Under the pieces are notes generated by a model that was not told the origin of the DNA, did not search any database, and saw only the letters and a program-made list of their open reading frames with translations. A program made the translations under genes and the position numbers. Below, in pieces: positions 1 to 11,900 of a DNA stretch of 64,000 bases (its first letter is position 1; each line of letters starts with the position of its first letter). This DNA is from Mobula hypostoma (lineage: Eukaryota): contig NC_086097.1 of the NCBI RefSeq assembly GCF_963921235.1, positions 73,782,001 through 73,846,000 of the forward strand. Direction: 5' to 3'.

Positions 1-2041
1 AGAAAGAGGCAGCGACACTGTCAGACTCTGCTAGGTTAGCAGACGAATATGCCTTAACTCATAAGGTTAGGTTTTTTCCGAAGAGGAGCTACCAAAAGGG
101 TAATAGAGATAATCCACCGGCTAAACCAGAAAGTAAGCCAGGAACTAGAGACAAAAGTAAGGAGGAAGGAAAGCAGTTGGGGGAAAATTTCCCAGTTTCA
201 AGTGTTACTTTTGTGGGAAACCTGGTCATGTGGTGTCCAATTGTCTTGCTATGAAAAGGGAAAAATGAAAAGAGAAAGAGAAAACCCCAAATGCCTGTGT
301 TCAGACGGTTAAAACACCACTGAAGAAGGAGGGGTCTGACTGTGTTCAAGAGGGGCTCAAGAGATTTATTTCAAATGGGTTTGTGTCTGTGAAGGAGGGG
401 TCAACCCCAGTTCCAATGAGAATCTGGAGAGATACTGGAGCTTTTCAGTCACTGATATTAAAGAGTGTTTTGGAATTTGGTGCTGAGACGGAGACTGGTG
501 AAGTGAATATTATCAAAGGTATTGGAAAGGGGACTGAGGCTGTGCCTTTGCATAAGACAGTTTTGAAATGCGGTTTGGTATCCAGACCAGTCACAATAGG
601 GGTACGATCTGAACTACCGATAGACAATGTTGATGTCTTACTCTGTAATGACCTTGCAGGTGGAAATGTTTACCCAGCAGTTCAGCTCACAAGTAAGCCT
701 GCTGTTGCTGAGGACCCGCCCATAGATGCTGATGTGTATCCTGTCGACAAAGTCTGCTAATGCTAATGTTGATTTATCCAAGACTTTCCTACCGTCCCTA
801 TATCAACAGGACTTAGAGGGTAGTAAGGCTGGGGACAGTAAGGAGGGTGAGAAAGACTTGTCCTTATGAAGAAAGGAATTTATAGAGGAACAAAATAAGG
901 ATCCTGAAATTGTGGCTTTAAAAGAGACAGCTCTCTCTGAGGATGAAATTCAGAAAGAGACAGTGGGATATTACCTTAAAGATGGGGTGTTGATGAGGAA
1001 GTGGAGACCAGCCACTGTGCCTGCAAGTGAGGATTGGGCTATTGTGCATCAGGCAGTGGTTCCAAAGGTTTACAAGGGTGAAATTTTAAACCTGGCCCAC
1101 AAGATGCCTTTAGGGGGACATTTTGGAGTAAAGAAGACAGTGCAGAGGATTATGAGGGAATTTTATTGGCCTAACGTGAGGAAAGATATTGTCAATTACT
1201 GCAGAGGGTGTCATACCACTTCGGCTGATACCTGCTTTTGGTGAACCATTTTCCAGGGTCATAGTGGATTGTGTAGGCCCATTGCCAAAGACTGCAGTTG
1301 GTCATCAGTACTTGTTAACAATTATGTGTGCTGCATCTAGGTTCCCTGAAGCCGTGCCTCTCAGAAACATCCAGGCCAAGATTGTGGTAAAGGCACTCAG
1401 CAAGTTTTTCGTACTGGTAAGTTTACCAAAAGAAATTCAATCTGACCAGGGTAGTAACTTTACTTCGAGAACATTCCAGCAAATAGTTTCTGATCTGGAA
1501 GCTAAACAAATTGTGTCATCTGCCTACCACCAGGAGTCTCAAGGGGCTTTGGAGCGGTTTCATTCCACTTTAAAGACCATGATTAAAACCTACTGTTATG
1601 AGAATGACAGGGACTGGGATGAAGGGATGCACTTATTACTTTTTGCCGTGAGAGACACCATTCAAGAGGCCCTGGGGTTCAGCCTGTTTGAGCTCATTTT
1701 CGGCCATAGGCCCAAAGGACGTCTGACCTTCCTCAGGGAGCAACGGTCTAACCCAAAAGTGTGTGTCAGCATGTTAGATTATGTTTTGAAATTTTGCGGA
1801 AGACTTAATAAAGCTTGAGACCTTGCCAAGAAAAATCTGCAAAACTCCCAAATTAAAATATAACATTGGTTTGATAAGAGAGTGAGGGAGCAGGTGTTCG
1901 AGGTTGGAGATAAGGTGCTGGTGCTGTTCTTCTTGGTGACCAACCCCCTCCAAACACAATTCCATGGACCATACCACATAATTAAGAAATCTGATTCTTT
2001 GAATTATGTTATCGAAACTCCCGACAGAAGGAAGGCGACCC

Positions 2042-4897
2042 GGGGGGACTTCCGGGTCATCAAGGGAATGGCGGCGTAAGGAAAAGGTCTCTCGACAAAA
2101 AAGAAGGTAAACTGCCCCAAAATCGAATTTAGACAAATACTTAATATTGCATAACTATATTAATAAAAGGGGCAAGGATGATGTCTAAGAACAAGAATAA
2201 AAAGTCCGCTTCGAAGGCTGATAAACATAAAGAGATGCAGCAAGGCGACGGGCCTAGCTCTCCCACGGCAAGCCAGGACGGAGATAATGAGGGGGAATCG
2301 GTGACTCTGTCTTTGATTCTCGGAGAGATTCGCGAGTTCCGACAAGATAACAGCAAACAGCTGGAAGATATTAAAGCAGAAATAGTAAAAACTAACTCGC
2401 GGATAGATGAAGCCGAAGCGAGGATTGTTGGAATTGAAGAGAAGCTACAAAACGCAGAGGAAGTGATAGCAGAAATGCTGGAGCTACAAGACCAACTCCA
2501 GTGGAAACTAATAGATCAAGAAGGCCGTTCGAGAAGGGAAAATGTGAGGATCTACGGAGTTCCCGAAGGAACCGAAGCTAAACCCGGATTGATGATTCCC
2601 TTCATAGAGAAGCTGCTTAGAGAGAACCTTGATATACCGGCTGCAAAAGACCTACAGATAGAAAGGGCTCACCGCGCATTGGCACCACAGCCTCCGGCAG
2701 GCGCCCAGTCCAGATCGATTCTGATCAGATTTCTCAATTACAGAACGAAGGAAGAGGTGCTTAAAAGAGCATGGCAAAAGAAAGGTTTCATGTGGAACAA
2801 CTGCAAAATCAGTTTAGACCACGACTACGCACCGGGGATTCTTGCCAGACGGAAGGAATATACGGAAACACGGAGAGTCCTGAAGGAAAACAACATCAGA
2901 TTCCAGACCCTGTATCCAGCTCGGCTGAGTCTTTTACGACGAAGGGACAAAAACTTACGCTACGGTGGAGGAGGCAACGTCGGACCTGGCGGACCGGGGA
3001 CTACCTATTAAAGTTATCACCCAACCGGAGTCGCTACTGGAGAGGATTCGGCTGAAGTCGTGGCAGTTAGTGGGGCGAGGACGGTCCACTCGAACCAGAG
3101 TGTCAAACTACAAGGAAAAGCTGCAAATATTCAGACGCGAATGTACAGAGAATACAGATTAATTAAGAGAAATGACTGAAAAGAGTAAATCGGACTTAAA
3201 AGTAAAATGAAAACTGGTAATTGAAAATAAACTAGGCGGAATAACTTGAATGATAGCAATATGGTCGAGACATAAATAGGAGAAAATTCTCTTATGATTA
3301 TTCAAACTGCTGAGGGCCCTCTAACACAGGGTGAAGATAGAGGTTATCCCTCTGAACTGAGGCGGGTCGGTGCTCAGGCCTCACTCGGAAGTCGGGGAAA
3401 ATTTTCAAATGTTATACGTTCAGAAATGTCTAGGGTGTGGTTATATGTCTTGGTTTACTGTTGAGAAGGGATTGCTTACTGTTTGGTTAGAAAAGGAGAG
3501 TGCTTTTTTTCTACTAGAGAAAAATGCAAACTGAATTGGTAAAAATAATTTCCTATAATGTTAATGGGGTTTTGAATCCAATTAAAAGAAATAAGATTAT
3601 GTCTAAATTGAAAAAAGAGAGGGCACAAATAGCTTTCCTCCAGGAAACACATATGAGCCAATCTGAACATGGAAAATTAAAAAGAATGGGCTTTAAGCAT
3701 GTATTTTATTCACCATATAAATTGAGTCACAAAAGAGGGGTAGCTACTTTAATATCAAGTACTCTTAATTATGAACATATTTCAGAGACTAGACAAAGAA
3801 GGACGGTTTGTAAAAATCACAGGAAGAATAGAAGGTACAGAAATAACATTGCTGAATGTTTATGCTCCTCCAGATAGTGAATGGTCATTTTATAGACACA
3901 TTTTTGACCTAATGGTCAGTTCTCGAGGGGTAGTAATTTGTGGAGGGGATTTTAATATTAGATTAAACCCTATATTAGATTCTTCAAGAATAGTTACTCA
4001 GAATAAACGTCTGACTCGGAAAGTGAATTCATTGATGGAGGAGTTGGGAATTATAGATGTCTGGAGGGAATTACACCCTACTAGTAAAGATTATACATAT
4101 TACTCTTTCCCTCATTCAGCCTATTCAAGGATAGACTATTTCTTTATCTTAAATACAGATAGACTCAGGATAAAAAACTGTAATATTGCAACAATTGATC
4201 TGTCGGATCATAGCCCAGTCTCTATGTCTCTAATCCTGGAAAGGAAAATGAGGAAAACACTATGGAGGCTAAACTCACATATTTTATCAAATCTGGAATA
4301 AATGGATTGAATATATAACCCCAATGCGAGCAGACTTTAGATGACTCTCCTAATGATTTATATTGCTCTTCTCATCAACACAGTAATATTGCTAACGTAA
4401 GCACCCCTAGTCTAAATGTTTGTTGTTTTTTTTTGGAAAATAGAGAATTAACACAAGTAAAGGGAAAGATTTGGGAAAGGGATAAAAAAAAAATGAAAAA
4501 ATTAAGTAAATAAGTACATAGGGATTGGATAACTATGTCTGCGGGCAGGAACAAGCACGAACAAATTGGGATATAAACACCTACAATGGTTGGTATATAG
4601 GCTTGTATGCAACATTTTGGACCAGTGGAAATGGTCCAGAAGGGTTGTATGGAAACTATTATTACCATTTTTCTTAACAACTAATTTCATTACTTAGCCT
4701 AATAGGTTAGATTTATCACAGTACATAATTATCTATTTAAATGTTTATTTTCCTTTTATATCATCTCAATGTCTACTTAAGAATGTATAAATAATTGTGG
4801 TTTTGTACATATAAAAAAAATGGAAAAGGTTATATGTGTGAAAAAAGTACATGATAATTGTGAATTCCTTATCCAAATAAAAATAAAATTAAAAAAA
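2042..4897 (+). mobile_element. L1-clade LINE with both ends, ORF1 and the endonuclease, but RT deleted
   Basis: GGGGG 5' end; ORF1 (RRENVRIYGVPE, IERAHR) at 2178-3162; APE endonuclease (SYNVNG, LQETH, GGDFN, SRIDY, SDH) at 3524-4290; poly(A) tail; 14-bp TSD AAGGAAGG(C/T)GACCC at 2028-2041 and 4898-4911. Confidence 0.92.
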
Positions 4898-6621
4898 AAG
4901 GAAGGTGACCCAATTGGTACACTTAAATATGCTGAAGCCTTATTATGACTCTGAGACGGTACCAATAAGTACTGTTATGAAAACAAATGGGGCTGAGGAA
5001 TTTGATAATGAGGGGCAAGATCATTTTAACAAACTGAATATTATATCAACAAGACTTGAGAATTCCACTATTTTGAAAGACCTTACTGATAAAAGTCTGG
5101 GATCTAGAGCCTATACAGAGAGAACAATTGCAAGAACTAATTAGCAAGCATAAAGATTTATTTCCTGACATTCCAAGACGGTGCACAGGTGCAGTGCATG
5201 ACATCATTATAAATTCAGCCCAGCCCATTAAACAGCATCCTTACAGAATGAACTTTGAGAAAAGCAAAGGGGTTGAAAAGAAATTGGCTACATGCTAGCA
5301 ACCGGTAGCATTAGGCAATCTACCTCAGACTGGGCGTTGCCCTGCGTTCTTGTGCCTAAACCAGACGGTAGCATGAGATTCTGTACTGACTACAGCAAAA
5401 TCAATGCAATAACCAAGACAGATGCTTATCCTATCCCAAAAGTGGATGACTGTATTGATAAGGTGAGAAAGGCTAGGTACCTCACAAAAATCGATTTACT
5501 GAAAGGATATTGGTGTGTTCCTTTGACCGAAAGGGCCTAAGAAATCTCAATGTTTGTCACACCTTCGGGGCTGTAAGAATATAAAGTTTTACGCTTCGGG
5601 ATGAAAAATGCTCCAGGAATATTTCAAAGAATGATCAATTCTGTGATTAGAGGATTAGAAAACACAGGGGCTTATATCGATGATTTAGTAGTCTGGAATG
5701 ACACGTGGGAAGAGCATATTGCAGCGGTAGAAAAACTGTTTGACAAGGCTGTCCAAGGCTAATCTTACTGTGAACCTCACTAAAAGTGAGTTTGGCCATG
5801 CCACAGTTACATATCTGGGCTATGTAGTAGGCCAGGGGCAACTGGCTCCTGTACAGGCCAAGGTTCAAGCTACTGCTGAGGTTCCTGTTCCGACTGGCAA
5901 GAAAGCTTTAAGAAGGTCTCTAGGAATGGTTGGCTATTATCGTAAGTTTTGTAAGAACTTTGCTGATATCGCTCTCCCCCTCACAAAATTACTAGGGAAG
6001 AGTGAAAGATTTGTATGGAGTGAACTTTGCCAGGAGGCATTTGAACGTCTGAAAACCATCCTGTGTTCTCATCCTGTGCTCAAAGCACCTGATTTTTCCA
6101 AGCCATTTTCTATCGCAACAGATGCTGGTGACGGAACTGCTGGGGCGGTACTGTTACAGAAGGGTGTGGATGACATTGAACACCCAGTAGCTTATTTCTT
6201 AAAGAAATTTAATGGGCACCAGAAAAATTATTCCACTGTTGAAAAGGAATTGCTAGCACTTATTCTGGCTTTACAACATTTTGAAGTCTGTTTGTCCTGC
6301 TCAGAGACCACTTGTGGTTTACACAGATCACAATCCGTTGGTGTTTCTAACTAAGATGAAGGGTGTTTCCAACCAAGATGAAGGATAAGAATAGAAGGTT
6401 ATTAAACTGGAGTCTGATATTGCAAGAATATGACCTGAAAATCAAACATGTGAAAGGTACTGACAATATTATAGCTGATTGTTTATCCAGATGTTAAGTC
6501 AGAAATTGTACACATTTTTACTCTGTTATCTGATGATCATACATGTATTGTTTCAAACTCTGTAATTTCCAGTTAAACTAAAATTTTGCCTGCGTCAAAA
6601 TTTTTTCTAAAAGGAAGGGGG

Positions 6622-7407
6622 TGTGATGGGGTCCTGAATTACCCCTATGAACTGTGTTTTTGAAAAGAGAGAGAGAGTTGTTCAACACCAGACACCTTGT
6701 TAAAAAGAGAGAGAAAGAAAGAGAGAGAGAGAGGCGAAGACTGCTCACAGTTTGCTTATGCTTTCCAAGTTCTTACAGAGAGAGAAGGGAGGAGCTGCTT
6801 GATGGACAGCTGGAATTCAGCACGGTGAGATAAATAGAAGGTCAGCTGTAAGACCTACAGACACATAGTTTTGGACACTGAATGAGCTTTGTTGTGCCCA
6901 CAGAAAAGGTGGGTTTTGGAGGATCGATCAGTGGCTCTCGCAGTGTGAAAAGGGTGTGACCAGTGGGGAGTTACTCATGTGTTCAACCCTCGCATGGGTT
7001 GATAATTCCACCACAGAAGAACGGTCCCCTTTGTTGTGGTCACAGTTGGTAACTTCTAAAGGATTTTGGAGGACAACAGGAAGATCGACGGTGTCAGCTC
7101 ACCTAAAGACTCAAATCTCTCCCTCTCTCTCTCTCTCCATCACTACTGAACTCAATACCACGAACTGAACTGAACTTTACTCATCTTCGTAAGACTATCT
7201 ATTTACCTCCAGACTTGAAGAGGCGTGGTTTTTATGTATATTTCCACATTTACTTATATATAATCATTGCTAACCTGTTTTATATATCTAATTTTATACT
7301 ACTGTATTGCGTAGTTACGAATAAATACCATTAGTTAATAGCAATACTGGACTCCAAAGTGTTTTCCATTTCTGCTGGTTCTTTAATCCGTCATGGGGTA
7401 TGTGACA
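6622..7407 (+). repeat. 3' LTR of the Gmr1-like element
   Basis: Polypurine tract AAAGGAAGGGGG immediately before TGT at 6622; AATAAA at 7320; ends ACA at 7407, where Tc1 sequence begins. Confidence 0.75.
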
Positions 7408-8458
7408 TCATTGTCTTGCTGCATCATCCAACTTCCATTAAGATTCAGGTGACAGACAGCTACCCTGACATTCTCCTGTAAAATGTCTTGATACAATTTT
7501 GAATTCGTTGTTCCCTTAAGCTGTTCAGACCCTGGGCAGCAAAGCAGTCCCAAACCGTGATGCTCTTTCCACCATGCTTCACAGTTACGAGGTTTTGGTG
7601 TTGGTGTGCAGTGTCCTTTTCCCTCCAAACATAGTGTGCGTTTTTGCCACAAAGTTCAACTTGAGTCTCATCTGTCCATAGAACATTGTCCCAGAAGTGT
7701 TGTGAAACGTTCAGGTGGTCTTTGCAAACTTGAGGTATGCAGCAATTTTTTTTGGAGAGCAGTGGTTTTCTCCATGGTGTCCTTCTATGGACACCATTCT
7801 TGTTCAGTGCTTTTCATATAGTGGACACATGAACAGAGACTTTAGCAAGTTCTAGAAATTCCTATAGGTCTTCTGCTGTTACTGGGTTATTTTTCACCTC
7901 CTTAAGCTTCGCATGTTATGCTCTAAGTGTGATCTTTGCAGGATGCCCGCTCCATTTGAAGACAATTTCACATACTGTGGACTGACGAATACGCAGGTCT
8001 TGAAAAATGCTTTTGTAGCCTTTTCCAGCTTCATGCATCTCTACAGTTCTTCTGAGGTCCTCTGAAAGTTGTTTTGATCAAAGTATGGTGCACATCGAGA
8101 TCTTTCTTGAGAAGCGCAGTTTCTGTCAGTAACCTGACTTTGTGTGTCTCTCTTTTAAAGAGCAGGACACCTCTACAACCCACACCTCCAATCGCAACTC
8201 TTTGAACATCTGACTACAAATAGCTTTTGTAGAAAGCATTACTCCAAAGGTTCATATACCTTTTTCGAACCTAGACTGATTGTTTAAATGGTGTACTCAG
8301 TATTGACGAGAAGTAGTACAATTGTTCGTGCGTTATTAGTTTAGGCAGATTGTGGTTGTCTATTACTGTGACTTAGATGAAGATCAGACCACATTTTATG
8401 TAATTATTACAGAAAACCAGGTAATTGCAAAGGGTTCATAAACTTTTTCTTGCAACTA
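7408..8458 (-). mobile_element. Tc1/mariner transposon remnant (5' part), interrupted by the LTR element
   Basis: Degenerate transposase YQDILQENVR...WMMQQDND cut at the LTR boundary; Tc1-type terminus (T)AGTTGCAAGAAAAAGTTTATGAACCC near 8432-8458. Confidence 0.8.
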
Positions 8459-8767
8459 TGTGTTCTCTATAAAATGTGTAAATTAGCCAAGTTTTGAAGA
8501 CAATGATGGCTTTAATGATTGTAGTATTCTCTGTCCAATTTTTTAAACTGAATTCAATGTCAAATGGTAAAACTGAATTTAATTCTCAGAATTTCTTTCT
8601 GTAATATTCTTCCTGCTTAGAAAGAGTGTGAAATTTGAATTTTCTTTCACGTAACCTTGGAAGCAGAAACCATCATCATGATATAATTTTTTAATTTGCT
8701 TAATTGTTCTAAAGCTCTTCGTCTGTGCTATAGAATATTAGATTTTGACAGATTCAACTAAACTCAC

Positions 8768-8937
8768 CTTAAAGTTATTTTCTTTAGGTTTTCTTCTCAT
8801 GATAATGTTGAAGGTTTCATAAACATCTTCTGCCCCATTCTGAACTGAAAAAGTCATATCCTGCTGATATTGGTTGGGATCCAGCCATACTCTGTAGGTT
8901 CGTGAATCTCCCTTCAGCTTTGGTTTAGGTTCAGGAC
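8768..8937 (-). CDS. AQR: AQR coding exon 19
   Basis: [56 protein letters not shown], 170 nt, donor GTGAGT. Confidence 0.95.
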
Positions 8938-11900
8938 CTGTGACAAAAAGTAATAATCCGAGTTACATTGGAAACATAAAAATATATTCGAGGTATGAAA
9001 AATATATTTATCCATTCAACTGGATAACAACAAATTCAATACATCTTCTGAGCATCTTAATGTGCTTTACACAAGTATTGTGCTTTTACAGTATAGCCAC
9101 TCTGCTCTTATTATTAAGGTAGGCACGGTCACCACTTTTGTGAAGAAAATTTCAACAAAAAGGGTGATCCTTCAGTCATATCAGAAATGTTATTGAAGAC
9201 TTCAAATAGAATCTAATCAGAAAGACAGCACCTCCACACAGTAGCATTCCCTCGGAAGTGAAATATTAAAATAAATTCTCCACTACAGTCCTAGACTGAG
9301 GTTTGAACTGGGATCCTTTGCTTCCAAGGTGAGGGCACTGCCAACTGAAATAAAACAGTGTGAAGCATGCTACACTACATACATGCTGGAAAGGCTCATT
9401 TTAAAAATATCCCATGCTGTTCTGCAAACAAAAGCACAAAACTGTACCTTCTTCAATGACCCGCCCTTTCTCATCCAGCATGCCTTGAATTTCACAACCA
9501 CGCACATACACGAGTCCAGTTTGCTCGACAAATGGTTGTTTTCGGTCAAATTTTGTGCCATAAGCCAAGACTGGGCGGACAGTTATAAGGAAACAGACAT
9601 CATGTTTGCGAAGAGCTGCAGTTTGAAAAATACAACACATAAATCCAGAAATAAAGAAAAAGCATATTACGTGGCGCTTTGATTCCTCAAACACAGTCAC
9701 CACATCTGCCTAAAGATTTACTCAGTTTACCATGTTTTATTAATATGTGCTAACCCAAAAACAATTCAGAAATTTATCAATAAACACATCAGTAATTAGT
9801 CTTTGCTCCATTCAGCAAAACCAAAATTCAGATTCATTCATTCTCTTAACTTCCTCTGAGTAATTTACTGTTTATTAAAAAAAGTGTCTGGAATTGCCTT
9901 CTGATTCATGATTTCTATCCCATTTTAATCTGGGAATACTTGTACACATCCTATGCAAAACAGGAAACAATATTCCATATATCTGCTGGAAAATAAGTCC
10001 TTGGAATTACCTTCCCATTCCTCTTTGATTTCATATCGAACATTCAAGTTGATGGTTACATCTGCCCGGACTCTGGCCGGCCAGTTCTCACCGATATTGG
10101 GTTTCGACACTTCTACAATGGAGAATGTGACAATAGGTTGTGCCATTCGAGCCCAGCCACCAAAGACAACACCTCCATACTCTCCTTGCCTGCAATATTA
10201 ATAAACATATTCAGATACTAAGTTTAGGCCAGGGACTGAAACATTCTCATAGAATATTTTAGATGTTTTAAAATTCCAACAAAATGCTGGAAGAACCCGG
10301 CAGGCCAGGCAGCATCTATGGAAAAAAGTAAACAGTCGATGTTTCGGGCCGAGCCCCTTCATCAGGACTCTTAGGTGCCGCTGGCCTGCTGAGTTCCTCC
10401 ACTATTTTGTACGTGTTGCTTGGATTTTCAGCATCTACAGATTCTCTCTTGTTTGTTTAAAATTACAAATTGCTTTTCATCAGTGGACACCAAATTAAGG
10501 TAAATAAGTTATTCTGATCCACATGTTAAATTGTGTAAAAGTATATATTAAAATTTAATGAAAGAAGTGAAAGATTTGAACTCATTTTTTAACATTGTAT
10601 TCCCAGGACTGGCATCAAGATGTTTTTGAAAAAATAATACATTTCAGTGGGAGTTGCTAGTTTAAATAGGCTATAAATACTGGAAGAACATAGAACATTA
10701 TACCACAGGAAAGTAGGCAGTCGATGGAGCAAAACTGCAATCAGATGGATGGGCTGAGTGTGTCTATTTAATGCAAGAAGTATCAGGGTGATGAACTTTG
10801 AGCATGGATCAATACATAGAACTATGATACCATGGCCATTTCAGAGACTTGGCTGTTACAAGGGCAGTAATGACTGCTGGATGATCTGGGGTTTAGATGT
10901 TTCAAAGGGGACAGGAAGGGCAGTAAAAGAGGTGAGGGATAGTGTCACAGCTACAGGAGAGAAGACATTGTGGAGAGATCATCCACTGAGTCAGTGTGGG
11001 TGAAAGTTAGAAAAATGAAGACAGCAATCACTCTATTGGGAGTTTTCTATGGACCCCCACCTCCCCCAACAGCAACAGAGACATTGAGGAACAGAGCGGG
11101 AAGCAGATTTTTGGAAAGGTGAAAAAAAATAACAAGGTAGCTATCATGATGCCTTGAAGCGAAGAGCAGTGGTAGGGAAAAAAAACTTGAATTTATCAGA
11201 TAAAAAAATGTCAAATTAGTAAAATATTAATTATTAATTAAATTAATTTTGCACAAGGCTCATGAGTACAGAGAAAATGCAGACTTCTGCTTAAGCTCAA
11301 AAGTGAAACTGCTCTTATTTTGACTCTGAGGTAAACTGTGCAGTTCAATCCCATCTACTGCATGTAACTTCCTTCCATTATGAAGTGAAGTCAGCAATGT
11401 AGCGTCATCAACTATAGAACAGACTGAGAGGTGCAATTCCCAGCCCTTGTGGAGTAGACTGGGCAGCAAAACTTGCTCACACTACAGAATGGACTAGATT
11501 CTACAACTGCTTCTGAGGAAAGGACCACACATCCCATCTATCACAGTGAATAATGGGAATTAAAATTACTCCTACCATGGAGGGGACTAAGCAGTGTATC
11601 TAACACTAATGCAAAGCAGCAATGTGATTCTGACCCACTGTGGTTCAGACTTGTCTGGGTAACTCCCAAATTATTGTAGAACTGTATAGGGTAGAGTAAC
11701 ATGAACACTTATCTGCACTGTGGTGTGGGGTGAGTAATGTAACACCTGTGAGCTGTGGGAACCGTTAATGAGGGAACCATTCCCTCTGTATAACAGTTAG
11801 CTATTTTACAAATATTAATTTGGCAGCTTCAGCAGATATACAAGCATACTTAAAAGGGAAAGCAATCTGAAGAATTCAGATAAAATGTTTTCAACCAGTC

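Larger units (their letters stand above)
1..7407 (+). mobile_element. Degenerate Ty3/gypsy LTR retrotransposon of Gmr1 type (gag-PR-INT-RT-RH-PPT-3'LTR); 5' end outside the window
   Basis: CCHC knuckle CYFCGKPGHVVSNC (~203-244); protease RDTGA (383-760); integrase zinc finger and DCVGP/SDQG/ERFH (912-1818); RT YIDD (~5675); RNase H TDAG/EKELLA/ADCLSR* (to 6497). Many stops and frameshifts. Confidence 0.9.
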
